A stretch of 62,990 bases of DNA, filler included. It is 15 parts of 15 records of this genome, joined end to end, with 100 filler letters (N's around TTAATTAATTAA, not from the genome) between each part and the next. Parts side by side here need not be neighbours in the genome. Positions count along the whole stretch, not along the records: positions 12,492 to 16,514 come from SRR9188676_3536; positions 16,615 to 30,028 come from SRR9188676_3538; 13 more parts are not named here. One strand, written 5' to 3'. The translations under genes and the position numbers were made by a program. Position 1 is the first letter of the stretch. Each line of letters starts with the position of its first letter. This document shows, in pieces, positions 15,164 to 22,750 of this stretch. The notes beneath the pieces were generated by a model, which was not told where the DNA came from, searched no databases, and worked only from the letters and a program-made list of their open reading frames with translations.

Positions 15164-16256
15164 ATGAATGACAGCTTTGTACTCAGGAATATGGATAAAG
15201 GAGCATTCGATAAGGAGGAGAGACTCCTGCATGATCGAGCATCCGACGAATCCATCATTCTGAAGCGAAACCAAAAGCAGACTTTCTCAACAGATACATA
15301 TGAGCCTTTATCAATCAATAGCTCTCATGTTGAGAAACGAACCATCCCGAAATGTCGAGCGAAAAGGACCCAGAAAAAGGATACCGATGATTTCCTGACC
15401 CAGAAGCGCAAAAGGTTTCATCCGTATTTCCGATCGAAACAAGTAAGAATATTTGTTTATATATTATGATTCTCTGTTCTGAGTAACTCTCTCGTAGTCC
15501 AACCATGATCCGACCCCGACCGATCATGAGGATCAAGCAATTCCTCATCGCAGCTCAAAATTATTACATGGACCATTAAATGCATTTCCTCCTGGACCCA
15601 CCTCCACAATATCGATATCAGGTATTATACTTTCTTAGCTCTAGCCCTCCTAATTCAACCGTAATATGTCCCATTAGATATCAGCCGTCGACGTCTCGTC
15701 CAAGAAGTGGATTTGAAAGACAGGGAAATCCAGCCTGGATCTCTTTCTTTTCTTGCCTATGCCGAGAACAATAATAGTGATGAGGACGATGAAGTGACAG
15801 TTGGTCAGATAAGTGAACAGGCGGGGAATTGGAGCAACAGAGAAAAAAAATCCAAAAGATGCTGTTGACTCTGATAATGAGAACCAGGACAGTACCATGA
15901 GCAGGGACAGTGAAAAGGACAGTGAAAGTGACAACGATGCAATTGTTCTACAATGGAGTTTTGAACAGCGGATGCCTGAGGCTGGCGAGCCTGTGTGTGT
16001 GAAATGTGGTAAATATGGCATGTACATCTGTGATGTGACCAATGAAGATGTGTGCTCTATGGAATGCCGCGATGCCAGAATGATGCTACATACGCCAGAG
16101 ACTATTGTCCCCTATATGTTAACAATCCATTCTGAAACCAGAAAGGAAGAACGAGGAATGTCCGCTCCCGTACCAGCCGATAAAAGCGAGTTGACGGATG
16201 AAAAGAAATATGCATCATTCCCGCATAATTCCGGAAAATCTGTTTGGGATCCGAGG
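15164..16256 (+). CDS. Protein with DDX59-type HIT zinc finger; possibly the N-terminus of a DDX59-like DEAD-box helicase
   Basis: SFEQRMPEAGEPVCVKCGKYGMYICDVTNEDVCSMECR matches the DDX59 zf-HIT pattern QRxxxxGEPxCxxCGxYGxYICDxTxEDVCSxEC. No helicase domain is seen before the contig ends. Upstream exon assignment is tentative. Confidence 0.75.
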
Positions 16257-16624
16257 TAAGCGTATAGGGATCCTGGAGAAAATCAAAACTGCTTTTATAT
16301 AAGATCATGATTAGCTCGTTGGGAGAGTCCTACCCTCATTTTGAATGGGTGTTGATAGGGGAACCCCACTACCTTTGATTCCCCTCTCAATGATTCCCCT
16401 CTCAATGCCACGGAAAGTTCTTTCCCGGGGCGGATCTAAGGAAGATCTGGCTCTCTGGATGGATGGAACTCTCACTTTCCAACTGTTGAAGAACTTTCCA
16501 TCCAGTCAGATCTTNNNNNNNNNNNNNNNNNNNNNNNNNNNNNNNNNNNNNNNNNNNNTTAATTAATTAANNNNNNNNNNNNNNNNNNNNNNNNNNNNNN
16601 NNNNNNNNNNNNNNAACTCACTAA

Positions 16625-17176
16625 ATGCTCAACGAACAGGAATTAGTCAAAGCCTGCCAAAAAAACGACCGCAAAGCCCAAACTGCTTTTTATAACCTGT
16701 ATAAAAGCAAATTGATGGGTGTTTGTCGTCGTTATACTCGCACGCCCGAGGAGGCCGAAGACATCTATCAAGAAGCATTTGTGAAAATATTTAATAACAT
16801 TCATACCCTTGAAAACCCAAAGGCTGTTGGTGCTTGGGTTAGAAAGGCGGTAATTCATACGGCAATAAATTATTATCATGCGAATTTAAAATTTCAACAA
16901 AATACAGAATATGAAAATATTGTACTAAGCAACGATGATTACCCCAACCTATTATCAACACTTACAAGCGAAGAACTTCTTGCGCTCATCAATAAATTAC
17001 CCGACGGCTATCGGATGGTATTTAACCTTTATGTAATAGATGGTTATAATCATGCCGAAATCGGAGAATTGTTGGGTGTGAGCGAGAATACTTCAAAATC
17101 ACAGCTTTCAAGAGCCAAAGAGTTACTCAGAAAGCAATTAAAACAACTGGGAATTGTCAGCTATGAACGCACTTGA
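16625..17176 (+). CDS. ECF-family RNA polymerase sigma-70 factor
   Basis: 183 aa with region 2 (AEDIYQEAFVKIF) and region 4 (LPDGYRMVFNLYVIDGYNHAEIGELLGVSENTSKSQLSRAK), typical of Bacteroidota ECFs. Confidence 0.96.
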   Translation: MLNEQELVKACQKNDRKAQTAFYNLYKSKLMGVCRRYTRTPEEAEDIYQEAFVKIFNNIHTLENPKAVGAWVRKAVIHTAINYYHANLKFQQNTEYENIVLSNDDYPNLLSTLTSEELLALINKLPDGYRMVFNLYVIDGYNHAEIGELLGVSENTSKSQLSRAKELLRKQLKQLGIVSYERT

Positions 17177-18596
17177 TAACGAAAAAGACCCTTTTGAGGA
17201 TATTTTCAGAGATAAATTGTTTGATTTTGAATCTGAACCAAACGATAAACTCTGGAAATCAATAGAACCTCAACTTCCTGCTAATCCAGCAAGGAAAATA
17301 CCGTATTGGCAAATGGCAGCAGTAGCAGTTTTGTTATTGCTGACAGGCATCGGTGTGTATTTAATGCCTTCGTCAATCAGTAATGAAACCGAAAAAGCTC
17401 AGGTTGAAAAAACACAAGAAAAAGAGTTAAACAAAACCATAAATTCTAGGGATTTATTAGAAAAAAACAATAAAAACTTAAATAAAGAAAATAAATCGAC
17501 TATTATTGAGGAAAATCATTTACAAAAATCAGACAAAATAGTATCTTCAACAATTGAGAGTAATGGAGCTTCTGAAAAAGTTCAACATGAATTATCATCA
17601 GAAAGTAAAAAAACAACTTTAAAAGAACAACAAAATAGATTGAAAGTAGCAGGAGTGATACCGCCTGTTAATTCAAGTAATGAGGTTCAAGATGAACTTG
17701 CAGATGGTGCAAAGCAAAATAACTTTGTGAATCAGTATTCAAAAAAATATTCTTTGAATAAAAGCAATAAAGTAAATCGTTCTGCTGTATTCTCAGGTAA
17801 GTATGAAAATATTGATGACGAGTCGGCCGATAAACAAAGTATTGAAGCAACTAAGTATTCGGAGCAGCGTTCCACATTATTAACAAGCCTTGATGCAAAA
17901 GCGTATCATCCATTTACAAATCATTTCAGAACACCGAAAATAAAGTATCGTGGACCAAAACCTACTGTATATTTTAAAGAATCGAAGCCGGTAGAATGGT
18001 ACATAAGTGCGATGCCACTGATTAATTATTATACCATCACAGCTAATGGCAACGATGCGAATTATGTTCACAAAATTGCAGTGAATGATGAGGCAGACAG
18101 ATTAGGTTTTTATACGCAGGCAGGTTTAGTTTTTACTTTGTCGGATAGATTTAAGCTAAGAACAGGTTTGACTTTCACCAAAACCAATCATAGTTTTAGC
18201 TATCAAGTTCGTACGGATTCATTAGTGGTGCAGTCACCTGATAATACTACTGGCGTAGATGTAAGTTTTGCAGAACTCAAAAAAGTATATGCTCAGTCAG
18301 CGTATTATTTAGGTACAAAAGTTGATTTACAATATACTTTTTTAAGAGGGGAATCACTTTCTCATTATGTAAATGTAGGCGTGGAGGGAGCGTACAAAAT
18401 TAATGGAAGTAACCAGTTGAATGCCTTTGCGAATATTGCTTATGGAATTACTCGTCAGATTGGAGATCATGCCTATTTGTTTGTAGAGCCAACTTTTAGT
18501 TATTCGCTCAACGAACAAAGTGATTCAAATTCTTTGTTATTAATCAAACCCAATAAAATTGGCTTTAATATTGGGATAAACTTCAAACTAAAATGA
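17163..18596 (+). CDS. Putative anti-sigma factor with inner-membrane helix, long disordered linker and C-terminal outer-membrane beta-barrel
   Basis: Start overlaps the sigma gene end. N-terminal FEDIFRDKLFDFESEPNDKLWKSIE, TM helix WQMAAVAVLLLLTGIGVYL, about 190 aa K/N/S/E-rich linker, then amphipathic strands ending IGFNIGINFKLK. Confidence 0.8.
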   Translation: MNALDNEKDPFEDIFRDKLFDFESEPNDKLWKSIEPQLPANPARKIPYWQMAAVAVLLLLTGIGVYLMPSSISNETEKAQVEKTQEKELNKTINSRDLLEKNNKNLNKENKSTIIEENHLQKSDKIVSSTIESNGASEKVQHELSSESKKTTLKEQQNRLKVAGVIPPVNSSNEVQDELADGAKQNNFVNQYSKKYSLNKSNKVNRSAVFSGKYENIDDESADKQSIEATKYSEQRSTLLTSLDAKAYHPFTNHFRTPKIKYRGPKPTVYFKESKPVEWYISAMPLINYYTITANGNDANYVHKIAVNDEADRLGFYTQAGLVFTLSDRFKLRTGLTFTKTNHSFSYQVRTDSLVVQSPDNTTGVDVSFAELKKVYAQSAYYLGTKVDLQYTFLRGESLSHYVNVGVEGAYKINGSNQLNAFANIAYGITRQIGDHAYLFVEPTFSYSLNEQSDSNSLLLIKPNKIGFNIGINFKLK

Positions 18597-18697
18597 TAAG
18601 CGTATTTAATTTTTTCTGGAAGGGGCTAGTTTGTATTGTATTAATTGTTGTTGCATTAACGGTTGCTTTATTTAGCGGAGAAGTTAGTAAACTATAA
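18593..18697 (+). CDS. Small 34-aa single-TM protein (MISVFNFFWKGLVCIVLIVVALTVALFSGEVSKL), below the ORF-track cutoff
   Basis: ATGA overlap with the upstream stop codon, one hydrophobic helix, and it ends just before a terminator hairpin. Confidence 0.55.
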   Translation: MISVFNFFWKGLVCIVLIVVALTVALFSGEVSKL

Positions 18698-18704
18698 ACT
18701 AAGA

Positions 18705-18742
18705 TTTGAGGAGTACTCCAAAGCGGATTACTCCTCAAAAAA
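18705..18742. terminator. Intrinsic terminator between convergent operons, probably bidirectional
   Basis: Inverted repeat TTTGAGGAGTA ... TACTCCTCAAA followed by an A-run (U-tract on the minus strand). Confidence 0.8.
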
Positions 18743-18753
18743 TAAACTGTTTT

Positions 18754-18991
18754 CTATATCAATATTGTAAAATGCACATTCAACCTTGTATTCGCTTTTA
18801 ATTCTCCTCCAGATAAATCTTAGTTAATTGACTGATCTCTGATAATTCACTCCTAAAAATACGTTTTTGTAGTAGGATTCAATTCCTAAAGCACCAAAAG
18901 TAGGATATCTTCCCATTTGTGATAATGCAGTGATGTCGCTTAAATCCTTCAAATGAAGTTGTTTACCAGTTTTTTGGATAGCTTTTATCAT
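18754..18991 (-). pseudogene. Decayed remnant of the C-terminus of an outer-membrane beta-barrel 'transporter' gene downstream of mbnH
   Basis: Minus strand reads TFGALGIESYYKNVFLGVNYQRSVN*, then after a frameshift DLSGGELKANTRLNVHFTILI*. These look like terminal barrel strands with no N-terminus or signal peptide. Confidence 0.55.
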
Positions 18992-19006
18992 GATATTTTT
19001 TGTTGA

Positions 19007-20104
19007 TTAAGGAGTAAACCTTTTATCAGTCAGAAATTCTCTGTCGGTAAGTGTTCTTAAAAATACAATAATCTGAGTTTTTTCTGTAGCCGTCAGAGGA
19101 ATACCAAGTTTGCCATTTTGATTGAGAATTGGGTCAAGATTTTGGGTAGCCGTAACGGTATTCATATAATGATTGAGTACCTCATCTAACGTCTGGAATC
19201 GTCCATCGTGCATATAAGGTTTGGTGGCTTCTACATTTCTAAGACTTGGTACTTTAAACTTATTTTTATCTTCGAGCATTTCCGTTACTCGCATTCTTCC
19301 ATCATCAATTACAGGTTCGATAAATGCTTTCTTTACACCATCCACCATTCTATAAACTACTTGTTGACGTTCTGTTGGCGATAAACCGTTATTTCTGAAA
19401 CTTCCATCACTAAACAATTCTCCAGCATGGCATGAGGAACACTTTTGTTTGAATAATTCCATTCCAGCCAATTCTGTTTCGTTAAAAACTACTCCACTTT
19501 CTTTCCTCATGTATTTATCATAACGAGAATTAGCAGAGACTAAAGACAATAAAAATTGAGAAAGTGCTTTCAAAAATCGTTGTGAAGTAATTTCAGTAGT
19601 TCCAAAAGCATTTTTGAACATGACGGGATACTTTTCTGTCTTCCGCAGCTTATCCAATACGTTCGATACTTTCTCGTCCATTTCAACTGGATTTTCGATA
19701 GGAGAAATCGCAAAAAGGTCTAAATCAAATACACCACCGTCCCATCCAAAAGTTTTTTCCCAAGCCAGGTTTTGTAATGATGATGAATTTCGTAGTCCAA
19801 TCTGGTTATCAATTCCATGACTTAAATCATGCAAATGATGTGTAAATCCAAAGTCTTGGCGATGGCATTCGCCACAAGACATTGAGCCATCTCTTGAAAG
19901 AAGTCCATCATAAAATAGGCTTTTCCCTAATTCAAAACCTTCTTTTGTAATAGGATTACTTTCCAATTTATAAACTGGACTTTGAAAATTGCTAGGCTGA
20001 TAAAATAGTTTTTCAGGCTCAATTACCCCATCTGGCTGTTTTGAGCAGGAAAAAACCATCAGAAATAGAAACAGTACGCTGGTGTTTAAGAATAGATTCT
20101 TCAT
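19007..20104 (-). CDS. mbnH: MbnH-like di-heme cytochrome c peroxidase/MauG-family lipoprotein
   Basis: Lipobox VFSC, two heme motifs (SCGECH, CSSCH), LGKSLFYDGLLS, RNSSSLQNLAW, FKVPSLRNVEATKPYMHDGRF. Adjacent to mbnP. Confidence 0.9.
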   Translation of the reverse strand: MKNLFLNTSVLFLFLMVFSCSKQPDGVIEPEKLFYQPSNFQSPVYKLESNPITKEGFELGKSLFYDGLLSRDGSMSCGECHRQDFGFTHHLHDLSHGIDNQIGLRNSSSLQNLAWEKTFGWDGGVFDLDLFAISPIENPVEMDEKVSNVLDKLRKTEKYPVMFKNAFGTTEITSQRFLKALSQFLLSLVSANSRYDKYMRKESGVVFNETELAGMELFKQKCSSCHAGELFSDGSFRNNGLSPTERQQVVYRMVDGVKKAFIEPVIDDGRMRVTEMLEDKNKFKVPSLRNVEATKPYMHDGRFQTLDEVLNHYMNTVTATQNLDPILNQNGKLGIPLTATEKTQIIVFLRTLTDREFLTDKRFTP

Positions 20105-20120
20105 ATCTAATTTATTTAAT

Positions 20121-20153
20121 CTTCTACTCTTCAAATTTATTGAAGAGTAGAAG
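20121..20153. repeat. Perfect 14-bp inverted repeat in the mbnP-mbnH spacer
   Basis: CTTCTACTCTTCAA-ATTTA-TTGAAGAGTAGAAG. Confidence 0.9.
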
Positions 20154-20160
20154 TATTTTT

Positions 20161-20973
20161 TTAATTAGCATCGTTACTAACATTGTTTACACTAAACATC
20201 TGCTTGTAGTTGTCGGCAATAGGTGTAGCTGTATTTATAGTATGTACCAAATTGGTCTCAGCTAATTTTATTTGAGTAGTACCATTAAATACCTTCAAAA
20301 TATCTACAAACAAATGTACTTTTGGCGCAATATTGCTACGAACTGTAGCTGCATTTGAGAGTGGTAATGTTATCGTACGAAGATTATTGGCAGTTTTTGT
20401 CGTCATTCCTCCAAAACCTCCTACGTGCAGTTGAAATGGTCTTTTTCCTGAAGCATTTGTTGGAATAACAGAAGATGTTCCTTCAAATTTAAAGAAAATA
20501 TAACCCGAATTCCATGCCCAGTACATGCCATCATCACCATAAGAGGCTGGGTCAAGTACTCCTATTCTTTGGCTAAGGTCAGAAGTACTTCTAGTACTAT
20601 CTACACCAACTATGAAAGATACTTCTTTGTAATTTCCAGTAGGAATATCTTTTAATTCAGCTTCAAGACTACCAGCATCTGACTGTTTTATCAAGAAATA
20701 ATTATTCGGAAATTTAACAACAGTATCATCTTCTTTCTTGAACGAAACATTAGAAATAAAGTAATTCAAAGTAATAACCGTAAAATCTTCGCCAGAACTG
20801 TTTGTATAAGCTTCCGTTCCAAGTACTAAAGCCTTGTCGCCCACTTTATTATCGAAAGAAAGTGTGATTGAGTTTTTATCGTTTGGATTGATTTCATCTT
20901 CTTTACAAGAGAACAATACTATAGATGAAAACAAAAGCACAAAAAGCATGTTGATATATTGAGTATTTTTCAT
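20161..20973 (-). CDS. mbnP: MbnP-family copper-binding lipoprotein
   Basis: Lipobox LFSC, LNYFISNVSF, FIVGVDS, and the WxW motif MYWAWNSGYIFFKFEG followed by HVGGFGG. Directly upstream of an MbnH-like gene. Confidence 0.88.
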   Translation of the reverse strand: MKNTQYINMLFVLLFSSIVLFSCKEDEINPNDKNSITLSFDNKVGDKALVLGTEAYTNSSGEDFTVITLNYFISNVSFKKEDDTVVKFPNNYFLIKQSDAGSLEAELKDIPTGNYKEVSFIVGVDSTRSTSDLSQRIGVLDPASYGDDGMYWAWNSGYIFFKFEGTSSVIPTNASGKRPFQLHVGGFGGMTTKTANNLRTITLPLSNAATVRSNIAPKVHLFVDILKVFNGTTQIKLAETNLVHTINTATPIADNYKQMFSVNNVSNDAN

Positions 20974-21006
20974 TATTATTTTTTAATGTTAAACGATTTT
21001 TAAAAC

Positions 21007-22638
21007 TTACTTCACCTTCAAAAACAAAGCAAATCCAAATAAACTCACAACCAAAATACCTAAAGCTGAAAGAATCGTAACGATGTCTCGAATGTCTTTT
21101 CCTGCCCAATCCATAAACAAGAATTTATGCAATACGCCAAAAGAAAGTCCTTCTCGGCGGTCTGAATCAACGATTTGTACGGCTAAACGACTGGTGGCTG
21201 GTTCTACATAATAAGTCAAATGGTTGTCGGTTGCCAAAGCTAATTTCACTACGGGTAAACGTTTATTTACAAAACCATACTCTTTGTCGAACTTGTTTAA
21301 AAAACTTATTGAAGTAATGGCAGGCAATTCATCCTCTTCTGTTGCGTCATTATTAGTAGCTAAATCACAACAAGCTGGGTCGCCACCTGTTTTTCCTTGC
21401 TCAATAAAATGTCCGACCAATTCTTTAGCATGTTCAGTGATTCCGTTTTCTAAAAGACTTGCTGTTTGAACATCATAATATTGAATATTAGTTTTTACGA
21501 CCGTCTTTTTAGTTTCGTTAAAACGTTCGGCTTTGTCTTGTTGTTCTTTTTTCCAAGCTCCTTTTTCTTCTGGTTTTGGAAATACTTGGTAATACAATTT
21601 GTCGCCGATTTTGGCTAAAGAAAGATTTGCAACCTTAGCCCAGTCTAAAGGCAAAACTAAATTAGCCGTTTGTAAATCTGCTGTTTTGATGCTTGGTTGG
21701 TAGAAATATTTGATGCGTTCGTCTGGGGTGAGTTTTCTGGTAGCGTGATAAGCTCCTGAAAAAGCAAAAGTGAAAGTAACAAAGGCAACCCAAAGCCCAA
21801 TTTGACGGTGATATTTTCGTAAGATACCTGCTTTGTCATTGGCATTGCGTGGCTTTTTGAATTTTCCCCACATAAAACCATAAATCACCAAACCACTAAT
21901 CATTGAAATAATGATGATAGCAAGAAAGCCAATCATGATAGAGATTCTGAGCGTATTATTGGAAATTTTTGTCAAGAAATCCCAGTTGTGGAATGTTCTG
22001 AAAACCCATAAAAATGCTTTTCTGCGGTTTTCGTTGAAATTTGCTAAACGAGTTTGATCTGTTTCTACATAAATATCCATACCGTCGGCACGGTCGAATG
22101 ATACTTTCCAAACGGGCAACAGACGATTCACGTAAGCGTATTCTTCACCAAAATCTGTAATTTCTTCGATACTTTTAATGGCTGATTTTTGGTCTTCGGT
22201 AAAATAACGAGCCAAAAATTCTGCGTACTTTTTATCGCCATTTTCAAGCATTTTAGCATTGGTAGCATTGAAGTACGCCAAACGATTACTTACTCTTTTT
22301 ACCTGATAATAAGTTTGATTATTGAAGCTGACAATTCTGAAATTTTTAAATTCAGTAATTTCATTTTTGTTCAGTACTTTTTGCAAAGACAATTTGATTT
22401 GTGCTTGGTTTATCGCCTCTGGCTTTACAAATTCGTGTGCCAATTTTACTTTAAACCAATGCGACATAAAGGGGTGCATCATTCCTGAGATACACCAAAA
22501 GATTACGGGAATCATCGTAATCAAACCGATGATTCTGTGCCAACGATAAATATTTCGTTTGATTTTTTTCTTAAATCCTCCGAAGTACGATTCTTTCTGA
22601 ACCTGCTCGTCGGCTATTTCAATGATATTATTTGCCAT
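21007..22638 (-). CDS. PepSY-associated TM helix domain membrane protein
   Basis: YRWHRIIGL...WCISG, FRTFHNWDF, RKYHRQIGL...FSGAYH and GVLHKFLF are the His-bearing TM helices typical of PepSY_TM proteins encoded next to TonB receptors. Confidence 0.88.
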   Translation of the reverse strand: MANNIIEIADEQVQKESYFGGFKKKIKRNIYRWHRIIGLITMIPVIFWCISGMMHPFMSHWFKVKLAHEFVKPEAINQAQIKLSLQKVLNKNEITEFKNFRIVSFNNQTYYQVKRVSNRLAYFNATNAKMLENGDKKYAEFLARYFTEDQKSAIKSIEEITDFGEEYAYVNRLLPVWKVSFDRADGMDIYVETDQTRLANFNENRRKAFLWVFRTFHNWDFLTKISNNTLRISIMIGFLAIIIISMISGLVIYGFMWGKFKKPRNANDKAGILRKYHRQIGLWVAFVTFTFAFSGAYHATRKLTPDERIKYFYQPSIKTADLQTANLVLPLDWAKVANLSLAKIGDKLYYQVFPKPEEKGAWKKEQQDKAERFNETKKTVVKTNIQYYDVQTASLLENGITEHAKELVGHFIEQGKTGGDPACCDLATNNDATEEDELPAITSISFLNKFDKEYGFVNKRLPVVKLALATDNHLTYYVEPATSRLAVQIVDSDRREGLSFGVLHKFLFMDWAGKDIRDIVTILSALGILVVSLFGFALFLKVK

Positions 22639-22653
22639 GTTTTTTTTTATTTA

Positions 22654-22748
22654 GTGAGTGAGTGAATTGTGAATTAGTGAATTGAGAATTAGGATTATAT
22701 TAATTATTGCAGTTCATATAATCATTAATTCACAACTCACTCAATCAC
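22654..22748. repeat. Imperfect intergenic inverted repeat built from short GTGA(A/G)T-like units (REP-like)
   Basis: Left arm GTGAGTGAGTGAATTGTGAATTAGTGA; right arm TCATTAATTCACAACTCACTCAATCAC. Lies between the TonB receptor and PepSY genes. Confidence 0.65.
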
Positions 22749-22750
22749 AA

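Noticed and set aside
15800-15852. Programmed frameshift at the A8 run upstream of the zf-HIT exon
   Set aside because: A short GTCAGA...CAACAG intron or a homopolymer error explains the frame change equally well.
16515-16700. Bacterium-to-eukaryote horizontal transfer junction
   Set aside because: The boundary is an artificial spacer, so adjacency is no evidence of integration.
19007-20973. Methanobactin biosynthetic gene cluster
   Set aside because: Only mbnP/mbnH-like genes are present; no precursor peptide or mbnB/mbnC is seen on the contig.
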